Shown: positions 23,616-35,343 of the stretch, piece by piece
How positions within the stretch are numbered: position 1 is the stretch's first letter
How the letters are laid out: each line of letters begins with the position of its first letter
Assembly: GCA_002269645.1 (NCBI GenBank)
Contig: NIVC01000654.1
Coordinates: 189,009-253,008 of the forward strand
DNA: 64,000 nt
Origin: Macrostomum lignano
Lineage: Eukaryota
Reading direction: 5' to 3'
Made by a program: the position numbers and the translations under genes
Notes under the pieces: generated by a model
The model's database searches: none
The model's input: the letters and a program-made list of their open reading frames with translations, nothing else
What the model was told of the DNA's origin: nothing

Positions 23616-25354
23616 ACGGGTGTCCCAAAAAAAGGTAACACTTTGTGCGCTCACTGTGAGTGAGCAGTTAGGCCTATAGCACAGTAATTTAAAAGGTCCA
23701 CAGTAAAAATTTGTAAGTTTTTCCCACAAACATTTGGTTGCGAAAAATTGCTCCAGAGGCGAGTTATTGAGCACAAAAGTGTACGCTAGCTTTTCTGCCA
23801 AGCTTTGCCATACACAGCTGCCATAGACAATCTTAACGTTTAAGAAATTTAAGAAATTTTAACGTTAGATCAGTCTCAGAGTCTATGCATGCTCTGTCAT
23901 TTTTCTTACGCAAAAGATTGTCTATGGCCTCCGTCTATGGCAAAGCTTAGCAGAGAAGCTAGCGTACACTTACAAGCTCAAAAAATCATAACGATTTTTC
24001 AAATAAACTGGTATTTGACCACACACCGTCTCAGAGTCTATGCTCCTTAAGATTTTTTAAAGCAAAAGATTGTCTATGGCAGCTGTGTATGGCAAAGCTT
24101 AGCAGAAAAGCTAGCGTACACTTCTGTGCTCAACAACTCGCCTCTGGAGTGTAGTGAGTCGCTAGTTTAGTTAGGCGCCGCACTAGTCAGCTGTTGCCCT
24201 CGCCTTCTCCCCAGGTTTCTGTCTGCCGCTGGGCAGTTGCCTGTCCCTCCCGCCTGTCCCCTGGCCTGTCCTCTGCTCGTTTGTCTGTCTGTCTGTTTGT
24301 CCTCGTTTGCCCCCTTTTGTCTCGTTTTCCCTTTTTGCAGTGCCCAGACAGCTTGGTCTGGCCTGCCTCTGTTTCGTTCTCTGTCAGGCATCTCCAAATT
24401 TGGAGTGCCTTTCTGTTTTCCGGTCCCACGGTCACGAGTGCCTTCACTTGTGGGCCGTTTCCCCTTGTCATGTGAGTCAGTCACATGACAAGGCCCTCTT
24501 CCTTCTTTAGTCCAAAGTGCAATGATTTCATCATTGTACGCTGGGCTCGTGTTTATGGGGAGATCACGTGCGCCCGGACCCCCCCTTGCCTCCTCTGAGG
24601 CAGGGCCCGCTTGTTTGTTGCTAAAAATAGCATCAGAGTCACTTATGACTCTCAGCGGGGGCCTTTCGTGCTATGGTGCAATCGATCCTCCCTATAAATG
24701 CGGCCCCTCTCATGGCTTGGCTCAGACAACCGTTCCTCGCGTTCCTAGCTTTCCAAGCTTTCCTAGCGTTCCTTCCGTTTCGTTTCTAGCGAACTCTAAG
24801 TTGTGTGCCAAGTTGACGCTTAAGTTGAACTCCAAGACTCCCGACTTTGCGCGTGACTGCCTCTGGCTCTGATTGTTCCTGCTATCAGCTAGCAGGCCAG
24901 CTCAGATCGCCCGAAGCTAGCACTTTCGCTCTCACCCCGCACCAGCCCGGCAGGGACTGCTGACGGTGGGCACCTCTGCGCGAGAACTGCTAAATCTGCA
25001 CGAAGTGCGAGTCTCTTTCTCTCGTCTTAGTTATTTGCTTCTACGAGCTCAGCACCTCACCGAAGGCTGCGACTCTGCGAAGCTGGTGGCAGCACTACCA
25101 ACGCTACTAGATCAACCCGGAGACTTCCCAGAGGAGCTCAAGCAACTGTACTTCACCGGGGCAGCGTTCCTATTGAAGGCCTCTAGACAACCACAGGCAA
25201 GACACCTGTACTTCAGGAGCAATTTTTAGCAACCAAATGTTTGTGGGAAAAACTTACAAATGTTTATTGTGGACCTGTTAAATTACTGTGCTATAGGCCT
25301 AACTGCTCACTCACAGTGAGCGCACAAAGTGTTACCCTTTTTTGGGACACCCCT
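23616..25354. mobile_element. Tc1/mariner-type MITE with long TIRs, interrupted by a solo LTR
   Basis: TA|ACGGGTGTCCCAAAAAAAGGTAACAC.. and ..GTGTTACCCTTTTTTGGGACACCCCT|TA. The left arm (23616-~23833) matches a right arm that is split into ~24066-24149 and 25216-25354. Confidence 0.88.
24150..25215. mobile_element. Solo LTR (1066 bp, TG...CA) with 4-bp TSD GGAG
   Basis: Begins TGTAG, ends TTCA, and is flanked by GGAG at 24146-24149 and 25216-25219. Removing it restores GCCTCTGGAGCAATTTT, the inverse of the host MITE's left arm. TATA-like TATAAAT near 24692. Confidence 0.88.
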
Positions 25355-26429
25355 TATATTTAGTTCATTTAAATTCGATTTAAACAGCTAATAAATAGTA
25401 ACTAACAGATAAGAACAGTTGTAGCTCATTTTAAGATTGTTATTTAAATACTATATCGAAGTAGAACTCTGGAAGTGTAGATCGTCTAACAAACAGTAGG
25501 AAAATAAACGTCAACAAAAACATAAAATAATTTTTTTCTTTTTAGCCAACGCGTTTCGTCAAAACACAAATTTGGGTCTATGATGCTAGCCATGTCGATT
25601 TCAAATTGGGTTAGATGACTGAGGTGGATATTTGGTGATTATTTGCATGGAGGGAAAACTCTAATTAGCGAGTAAATTTCCCGACAGTGCAGGAATGCAT
25701 ATGTCTATGGCTCAACCCTTTTGAAATCTGACGAAATAAAGCTTTCGACGATACTCGGGCTCGTGATTCTATCTTTGGTTTAAGTGTCTATGGTCTCGTA
25801 TTACTGGTCTCGGTTTAAATGTCTATGCTCTCGTATTAGAGGGGGCTCCGCCCCCACACCCCCGCAAGGGGACGACTGCGTCCCCTTGACTCCTGCTTCC
25901 TACCACTCTTACTGTGTGCAAGAATGAATCCAACAACACTGCAATTTCCACACTCTGACTCGTGCGTCTATGGCAAAAAGCACTCGTGCGATATATCAAT
26001 GTTAATGCACTCAAAAGCCGTGCGTTACCTATCGATTTGTCGTATGCATAAAAAATTAGACAATCACTGCAGGGAACTTCTCGCTAGCAAAGAAGAAAGT
26101 TTAACTATGATTTTTTCTTGCGTAGAAATATTCTAAAGTCAGAAAGTGTAATAATATATTAAGGTTTTCTCAACTTGCAAGACTTTCGTGCGAGATACTT
26201 TAAAGCAAAGCGCTCTCTATGGGCCAGCCATTCTAGCCGGGAATGGATACGTGGAATATAGAGAAAGAAGAGCAATAAAAGCGAACAACTGTCTACAGTA
26301 AAGAGTAATTCAGAAGCAGGAACAGAAGCAGAGGCATCGAAGCTAGTGTAATCTCTATCTTCTGTTGAAGCTGCTGTTCCGTGTCATGTCGTAAATTTTT
26401 TCGCTGTGGATAGGAACGCAAAGACAAAT

Positions 26430-26720
26430 TTCTATTACATGGTATTTCTGGAGGACTTGCCAAAGTTTGAAATGATAACAGATCACAACAAACCATTGGA
26501 GCCAATTGGAGCTCAATCTCTAACACCCTGGACCAGATCGAGAATCCCAGAACTGTTGAGGTTCCTGCAGAAGTTAGACGCATTCATCCACTTATCTACA
26601 GGTGGGTAAGAGGCAAAGACAATGAGGACGCTGACGCCTTGTCCAGGGCACCCGTGCATGACGAGCACCTGAGAACATTCGCTAAAGAAAGCATCTTGTC
26701 ACTCTCTCAGACTCTGAGAA
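26430..26720 (+). pseudogene. Decayed Ty3/gypsy pol (RNase H region) fragment
   Basis: Frameshifted motifs FEMITDH(N)KPL, LLRFLQKL and RGKDNEDADALSRAP. Confidence 0.75.
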
Positions 26721-27487
26721 AAAAATTCCCGATGATAGTGAATTCGAGGGACTCGGAAAATATATTATAGAAGTGGACAATCTGCCGCTACAGTTGTGAC
26801 CCTATTGGCCCATCTAGCGATCAACTGACAAATTTATTTAGCTTTCACATTACGCTTCGTATACAATAGTTTGATGATTTCCAGGAAATACACGTAGCAA
26901 CAAAAAAGTGATCAAATGCTGACTGTTAACTGCGGAATATCAATAGCGATAAAAAAATATCAAGATCGTTCTATAAACATCTTTTAAGTCGTCGGTCTCC
27001 TGTCGAAAGCTTCAAATAAAAACAACTGTACAAAAGCATCAGCAACACGTACATGTACTTATAAAAAAAGCCTGAAAACAAATCAGCGTCTCAATGCGCT
27101 TGAAAGCATTGGGTACCAACATAGCCCGTGTCTGCTGACAGAATCCGGGATGCCGGCATCAGCCACCAGGCAGTTGACAAAAGCATCGAGTACAGCCCGT
27201 TAATCTGCTTCATGTGTCATGAAAGGCGCCAATTGCTTCACAAGCCGAATTCAACTGTTTAACTAGCAGTAAACAGTCATTTTTTCTGCTAGAAGAGTGG
27301 AGAAGGAGTGCACGGATGCAAGCAATATTCCATTAGCAGCTGTTTTTTCAACCATATTTTTTAGATTGTTCTCTTCTTTCCATTTGATAAGACAGAATGT
27401 CCTTCGGTTTCTAAAATCAATTAAAAAATTTCACGCAAGACTGTTAGCGCACAAAAAGTATATTGGGGAGAAATTTTGTTAAACAGA

Positions 27488-30400
27488 CTAATAAAAATCG
27501 ACACTTACCCATCGCTCTAATATTTTAACAAATTTGGTGTGAAGTCCCGCTTCTGAGATTTCCTTCAGGTGCTCGCGAACAGCGCTCAACACGAGCGACT
27601 GGTCGTTGCAATACTGCAATGCGGTCAGCAGCTCGTGCAGGTCTGCATCTTTTGAGCGAAGCTGGTCCAACCATCTCCGAGCCATCGTCAGACAAGTGTC
27701 ATGGTCTTTCGTGAAGGCTTCTAAATTCAAGGCTTTCTTTAAAGCATCAAAGTTGATATAGCAGTATTTGGTGCTGCTTCCGTAACCGCCTGTTCGCATT
27801 AGAAATATTTCTCTGATACGCGCCGGAAGAAATGGAAAGTCCAGATCTTCGATGAACTCGAAACAAAACTTCCAGGCGGTATTGTTCTCTTGCAGGTGTT
27901 TCCATATCAGGCTTCGTGCTTCGTGGGTCGACATTTCACTGTTTCCTAATGAATAAGGAATACCGCAACAGGCTGCACAGTCTTGCCTAGTTGAGTCTGG
28001 CAGTGGCTTGTCAAACTTCATGCACAGCATAATTTGAAGGCAGTCTCTTGTAGTTCTTGCACTATCCGGTAGCCTATTCGTAAGCTGCATCAGGCTTTCA
28101 AAGCTCTGATCAGCGTCGTTCTGACTTAAAAACAGTACAACATGACGGACTAGATCGTAAATTTCCAGATAGCTAACGGTTGCACTGCCGCTCGGTCTTG
28201 GCGCCGATACGTCGTGCAGCAGCGGCATGATGGCGAACGGATGAAACTCAATAAAAGTGTCAGTTTTATTATAAAGGTTAGCCGCAAAGTCTGACAGTAC
28301 GAGTTGCAGATCGCGCTTAACTTGTTCAACATAGTTAGCAATGCAGCTCTTGGATCTGTGGTTTTCTTTCTGAAATATGACAGCATTCTGAAAGAAGAAA
28401 TGAGGCATACAGTGGTGCCTGGACACGCTAGTATCATCTTCCAAAAGGAAACCAATAAGTTTATCTAGCGACAGATCCAACAGTTGAATAAGATTATCGG
28501 GTCTCCAGTCGCCAGCAGGCATACTGTCAAGCATGTGAAAAAATAAGGTCTTGGCGTGGTACGTTTTCAACCCAGGAGTTCGCTTATTAATCACATGCTT
28601 TATCACAAACTTGATAAGCACGTATAGTTGACCTTGAACAGTGCTGAGATTGCTCATGAGAACTAGCTCTAGAAATGTACTGCTCAGTCGCATCCGTCGG
28701 CCTTCAAGTCCCGGAGGAGCTGCTGAAACTGCGTGACACACTGACGAGGTCAATACTTTTTGCAGCTGCTGCAGCACGTGTTCGGGAATGCTTGTCTTAT
28801 ATTCTGGTTGAAGTGGCTTGATCAGAGGATAGCGAGCGCAGGGATGGGCGGTTATCCTATCGATTGCAGGTCTTAGGCAAGATCCAGGGATTACTTTGTT
28901 TGGCCTTGTTGCTAAAATGACGGTTGCGTGAGAAAAAAATGTAGAATTTATAATTAAACCAACATTGCACAGCAAGTTGTGCATGCATATTCTAAATAAA
29001 CTTACATTGTACTTCGTAGCAAAGGTGACCATTTTCATAGCAAACAGTTCTGACAGGATTTCTACAGTTCTGAGTAGTACAGTCGTTGGTTCCGTCAACG
29101 AAAGATAGAACAAGTCGCGGCTCAATGCAGGTCAAATCCAAGTCAGAATCTCTGCCAATTCTAGAGTCGCCTCGAGTCAGACTGCTGGCCCAGCCGTCAG
29201 CAAAACTGCCTAATAGATAGCAGTTTATCCCGTTGCGAAGTCGAGTGAGTTCCTCAAGAACACCAGCGCAGCCTCTCTGCACAGCGGCATTGGCAGAGCA
29301 GAAGCCGGCATTTAACATTCTTTCGTGCAATTCAATCGAAGTGATGCATGATTGTGCATTTTTTCTTGGCAGACTGGTGCAGCTCTGAAGCAAAACTCTT
29401 ACAGCTTCTTTGTGTCCCAACGCGAAGGCGTAGTCTAAAGGCCGCCAGCCATCGGTCGTTGACGAATTCAAATTGGCCCCTAATTCGACTAGCTTAGTTA
29501 TTACATCTTTGTTACCTAACTGGGCAGCTATGTGCAAGGGAGTCAGACCAGATTTAGTTGTCAGCTGATCCACACAGACGCCACAGTGCATAACCAGGTG
29601 ATGAACAATATGAGAGTGACCGCCTAACGAGGCCATGTGCAATATGGACAATCCATCAGATTGAGCATCAATTTTATCGAGCATCGCTCCAGAATGTGCG
29701 GCAAGTTCAGCTAAAACTCCTAGATGACCGTTAAGCGCAGCTAACTCCATGGGAGTAGCAGCAGACGATGAAATCGATCGAAAATCAATTTGAGCGCCAG
29801 CGTTAACTAGAACGCGAACAACGCCGATTGATCCAATCTCGGTAGCATAGCACAGCGGCGTGTAACCTTGATTCGACACTAGGTCAACTGTAGCGCCTAG
29901 AGAAATAAGATGAGCAACCATTTTTGGCAGGTCACTAGCAGCTGCCAGGTGTAAAGGCGAACAACCGGCACAGTCTTGGGCGTTGATATTGGCGCCACGA
30001 TTAACCAGCTGTGTGACGACCTTTATGTGGTTATAGTCGGTTGCCCTATGCAGCGGAGTACAGCCATCGTTACAGTTCTGAATGTTTATATTTGCACCGT
30101 AATCAAGCAGCATATCGACTAAGTCGGTGTAACCATTCTTCACGGCTAAATGAAGAGCCGAATTGCCCCAGTTGTTTTGCACATCAACATCCAGTGAAGA
30201 TTTCAGCAGATCCTTCATGATATTGAATCTGTTGCTGCATGCCGCATGATGCAAAGCCGCCGAGCCGAGTTTACCGTGAGCCTCCACGACGGCCGCGGAT
30301 TCGATGAGTCGTCTGACTATGTGTTGATCACCTCGGAGGGTGGCGGCTACCATTGCTGGCACCCCTGGGCGGCTGAGAATAGATTTCTCTCTTGAAGTGA

Positions 30401-30911
30401 AGTGATTGGGAGCTGAATCGTAGGTTAAAACTTTGCAAATGTCTATAAAAGTACTCGACGTGGTGCACGAGTCGACATTTGCTCCGTGTGAAATCAGAAA
30501 ATCTGCGCCTGTGGAGAAATCAGCAAGAATAGCTAGCAGAATTGGCGGCGGTTCAGAGTCTTGTTGTAGATTCACATCAGCACCGGCATTGATCAGAAGA
30601 TGCAGCATTGAAACCGATTTTTTAACAACTGCCAGGTGAATGGGCAAGATACCATTGGCTGATGGAGCATTGGGATTAGCCAGACCCTCAAATAGCAGAA
30701 TTTCAACAGCCTCAACATGCCCTTCGTATATAGCCAGATGCAATGCTGTTCTTCCGCACTTAGCTTGAAGATTGACGTCAACTCCGGATTTGATGAGGCT
30801 CTGAATTAACTCTAGGTCGCCGTGGTGGCTAGCGAAGTGCAAAGCGGACCAACCATCATTGTTGTTCTCTTCGTTGTCTGGACCAGCTTCTCTTTGAAGT
30901 GGCATTATCAT
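27488..30911 (-). CDS. Ankyrin-repeat + Mab-21/cGAS-like nucleotidyltransferase (cGLR), ~1109 aa
   Basis: Exons 30911-29006 and 28911-27488, joined by a 94-bp GTAAGT..TTTTAG intron (29005-28912) in phase 1. About 14 ANK repeats, then YLLGSFADGW..DSDLD, third Asp in AIDRITAHPCARYP, and Mab-21 motifs RLSSTFLELVLM, LKTYHAKTLFFHML and CMPHFF, followed by a ~250-aa C-terminal extension. Confidence 0.88.
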
Positions 30912-31674
30912 TATTTTACTAATACGCGTCTACATGACTTGTAGCTCGCGGTAGTAGTCATACAGAATACAGTACAGATATGCATCAGAATCTTGGGTCA
31001 AGCAACAGAATTGTTTTCATAGATCAACGGAAAATCGGTGGAATTGCCTTGCAGATGTGCATGCATTGTATGTACACACACGTGTTTTTGCTGAACACCC
31101 CACAATACGAGTTGAGTACATTGCAGCTAAATTTAATCATTACAGAGGAAAGCCTCGATTCTATTTTTAGACACTTCACCAACGAAAGAGCCGCCGCATA
31201 ACCTTTCATTCCGTTTAAAAGGTAGCAAATATTTTGGCTTGGTATAAGCTACAGTAATCTTTTCATGAATGTGAGATATGATATGCTTATTGCTTAGATT
31301 GGTACACAAATGTATGTAGTTGGTAACTTTTGTATATGGCACTTTTTTAAAGTTTATAAAATGGGTGATCCTATATACTATTACCGCGTTTGCACATTCT
31401 ACAGCTTTAAAAAGATAGAATTTAACATGCACATATATGTAACATAGATAAAATAGACATAGAGTTTATAGATATGGCAGCTATAGCTACATGCATATGT
31501 GGAAACGAAAACCTGGAGGTGATACTGCCAGGGACCACGGTTTCTGTCCAATAGACTTTCTCAGCTAAATCCTATACTCAATGCCCAGACTCCATGCACC
31601 TATAATTAGGCCGGCCCAAAACAAAATCTAACTTATTGCATGGGCCTGCCGAGATTTTCCCGCGGCAGAGCGGA

Positions 31675-32880
31675 AAAAGAAGAAATAGACGATTAGAAAA
31701 GAGAGGAGAGGCGAGAGAGGGGATAAGAGAAAAGATAAAATATAATACGAGAGACGAGGGGGTGAGGACGATTAGAGAGAGGGGGAGAAGATGGGAGAGA
31801 GAAGTGAGAGAAAAGGGGAGAGAAAAAGATGAGAGAGGAGGGGGAGAGAAGAGGGGAGATAGGAGAAGCGAGATAAAAGAGATGGAATGAAATAGCAGAG
31901 AGCTGCAGATGAGAAAAGACAGAAGAGAGGAGAGCAGCGAGGTGAGAGGAAAGAGATGAAAGGAGAGATGAGAGAGTAAAGGCAAGTGAGAAGAGATAAA
32001 GTTATAGAGATGAGAGAGGTGTAAGGAGAAATGAGAAAGAGAGATGAGAGATGAAGGAGGAGAGAGGAGTATTGAAAGAGAAGAGAGAAGACAAGAGAGG
32101 GAGAGTGTATAGAAGAGGGAAGAAAATAGAAGAGAAGAAAGGAGAAAAGAAAAGAAAGATCGCTGAAAAGAGGGGAAAGAAAAGAGTACAGAGGAGAAAG
32201 GTGAGAGAACATTTAAGAGTAAAGATGACAGATGGGAGAGGGGAGACGAGAGAGCAGAGGAGAGTTAAGAGAAAAGAGAAAGAGATGAGAGATGAGAGGT
32301 GAGACAAAGGGAGAGAGAAAAGTGAGTGAGGAGATAAGAGAGGAGAGGAGAGAAGGGGTAGAGGACAGGGGAGATAGGGGAAAAGGGAGAGAGAAGGGAA
32401 AATCGAAAAGGGAGAGGAAAGAGAATAATGGAGAGGGGAGAGAGTAGAGAGGAGGAGGAGAGATGGGAGTGGAGAGAGCAGAGAGAGATGAGAGGAGAGA
32501 TAAGAAAGAGAGAGAGGGAGAGGGAGAGGGAGAGAGCAGAAAGAAATAAGAAGAGATAAGAGAGGAGAGAGGAGAGATGAGGGAAGTGTTGAGAGAGGGG
32601 AGAGGAGGGGAGAAGAGGGGAGAGAGAAGATAGAGAACAGAGGAGAAAGGAGAGATTAGAGAGCAGAACGAGAGAGAAGAGAGGAGGGAAGAGATGAGAG
32701 AGGAAAGAGAGAAGAGATTATATAAGAGAGATGAAAGCAAAGAGAGATGAGGGAAGAGACGAGAGAAGAGGGGAGAGAGGAGAAAGGAGAGAGGAGAGAG
32801 GAAAGAAGAGAAGAGATGCGAAGAGAGAAGAGAGGAGAGACGAGAGATGAGAGAGAAGAGAGAGGAAACAGAAGAGAAGA
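31675..32880. repeat. Long GA-rich polypurine low-complexity tract
   Basis: About 1.2 kb almost entirely A/G on the + strand; source of the spurious Ser/Leu/Pro-rich ORFs. Confidence 0.95.
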
Positions 32881-33299
32881 TAGAAGTTTCAAAGGATCCA
32901 AGGGATGTAGGGAGAGGCAGAGGCAGAGGCCATAGAGTTTGCCAATACATGTTCTACGAGTCAGACAGACATTGCCTGACATTCTGTGCAGCACCCCAGC
33001 CAACAATATCAATGTTTGCCTCAAGTCCTAATTTTACACGAATGTACTCCATTTTATGTACCTCTATGCTAACTATCAACAATTTTTTGTTTGAGTAGAC
33101 CGTAGACTTTTGAATGTCTGAAGACTTCACTTTAGATTGTAGAACGATATTACGCTTGATACGAGGCAGGCGACTGCGATTTATATTGTAAATATTGAGC
33201 ACGATACATTTAGTGGATACTAGCAATCCAGCCCGTTTGGGGAGCGCAAAAATGAAAATGAAAATATGGCTGAAAATAATAAAGAATTGACCCATGCTT

Positions 33300-33620
33300 C
33301 CAGTAAACCTTGACATCTCAGCAATTCCCCCAGCTGCAAGCCTTGACATCTTAGCAACTCTCCCAGTAAGCCTTGACATCCCAGCAATTCCCCATAAGCC
33401 TGGACATCCCAGCAATTCCCCATAAGCCTTGACAATGACATCTTAGCAGTGAAATGTGTAAGCCTTGACATTTCAACAATCCCCCATAAGCCTTGAAATC
33501 TCAGCAATTCCCCCCATAAGCCTTGACATCTCAGCAATTCCCCCCATAAGCCTCGACATCTCAGCAATTCCCCCCATAAGCCTCGACATCTCAGCAATTC
33601 CCCCCATAAGCCTTGACATA
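33300..33620. repeat. 30-bp minisatellite (CCTTGACATCTCAGCAATTCCCCCCATAAG)
   Basis: Period 30 read directly at 33481-33610. Confidence 0.92.
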
Positions 33621-35343
33621 CATGTACGACGCAAAATAAGAATTAAGAGCATGAAAGAAAGTGACATTGTCACACTCGCCTCTCTTCCAAAGAGGTTAGC
33701 TACACTACTTAATTACAAATAGAAAGGTGTGCGCATACTAATTATCGAAAGAATACTGAACGTCTTAGAGCGAAAATATAGTTTTCTTTAAAAAGCATAT
33801 TGTTGAGTATGCGTCTCATAAATAGGAAAGTTTTAGAGCAAAACGTCAAATCGAAGATTGTACGATCTACTATTAAGGCAAGGGCAAACAACGAACTATT
33901 AAGCGAATTTTGTTGAACATTGTCGAATTTAAGTGAAGAATGCAGCAATATTGGAAGTGTAGCAAGAACAAACTAATGCAATATCAAAAAATTTAAACCT
34001 TCTGTAGAGTGGGAATAAGTACGTAATGCGCAGATGGGTTAATGAAAATAACAAGAGAATTAAGCACACGGGAAGACGCCGCCGATGCGACGGAGTTGAG
34101 ACGGCGAAACCGATGCAGAATGCATCCGCTGCAGAGTGCAGCCAGCCGACAGACGGCAGACGGCTCACCAGCTAGGCCGGTCCCGGTGGACCGCACGGGC
34201 GCGCCCCCGATGGGACGCAGAAGCCGCCCAGACACGCGCACAGTGGCGCAGAAAAAACAGGCACATAGAAAAGAAAGAACGCTGAAAAACGCCTCTGGCG
34301 TTCGGCTTTCGAGGGCCGCGGCACGGCAACAAATTGGATGTTTCACACGCTCAAAAAAAGAAGTGAAGAGACTGAAGGTGAAAACGAAATAAGTAACAGA
34401 CTGCTATCGAATATAAACAGCAAATATACGAGCGTACAAATATATGAATGATGAAAATAGAAATTAACGTATTGCAGTACACAAATATTTGTAAGCAGTT
34501 ATTGAAATATTGAAATGCGTGCACTGGGCGCAGACTTATTAGCTGATGACGCGGCAACTGCAAAATAACCAAGGATAGTACAAAATTCTCAGTGGAAAAA
34601 AGTCTATGCAAGAATCTATGCACGTGATAAAAACGGTGAAAATCACAGCATTCAGCATTCAGAAAACGATTGTCTGGCATGCACGATAAAAAATGGCGAC
34701 TTATCTGCTCTTGGCGGTAAAAACTAACAGCTTAAGCCGACGTCACACTACTGGCATAGCAGGTAGCGCGATTCAGGCTGCGATTGGATTGAAATTGGGG
34801 TGGGCGCGCAAATACCTAGCGATCGACTGAGGTGGAGTGATGACTCAGAGGTACACAGCGCACGCCAGCCCTCTCGGCCCGCCACCTCTCCTCCAAAGAA
34901 TTGCATAGCCCAGAACCAGAATCAGCTCGTACAGACAGCTGGGTAGACCTGGTTCTACACGAATTGATGCCATAGTTGAAGGCCGTCATTGGTGCGTCTC
35001 GATCGTCGCTTTTGAAGCTGACATACTTAGGAAAAGTGCAGCGGTGGATTACTATTGCTTCCTCTCACAGTGATCTGGGGCTTGGAATTGCAGTGTCGAC
35101 CCGAGTCGGTTTGATCGGTGGGACCTCCAGAAAATGTGACGAATTTAGATCGATTAGTAATGGACGATATCGATGTAGCGTCGGATGTCGAGAGTTTATT
35201 TTAATCAATTCACAATTGATAACAACCTCGTATGTCTGATACTATAGATAGCAACGAGCGTAGCGTAGTACTAGTAGTATTGTAATGAGACGGTGTGGAG
35301 GAAGGCATGAGCGAGAGCAAGAAAAGATTTGAATACGTTTTAT

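Noticed and set aside
27090-27260. Protein-like minus-strand fragment (IRLVKQLAPFMTHEAD*RAVLDAFVNCLVADAG)
   Set aside because: Internal stop, no recognisable family and no splice support; could be revisited with tBLASTn.
28992-29125. Programmed frameshift or pseudogenising frameshift between the ANK and Mab-21 ORFs
   Set aside because: A canonical GTAAGT..TTTTAG 94-bp intron joins the two in the correct phase.
27488-30911. Bacterial CBASS/CD-NTase operon or horizontal transfer
   Set aside because: It has a spliceosomal intron, animal Mab-21-type motifs and no operonic Cap genes nearby.
31578-33024. Membrane-like Leu/Ser/Phe-rich or Arg/Glu-rich ORFs
   Set aside because: Translation of a GA/CT low-complexity tract.
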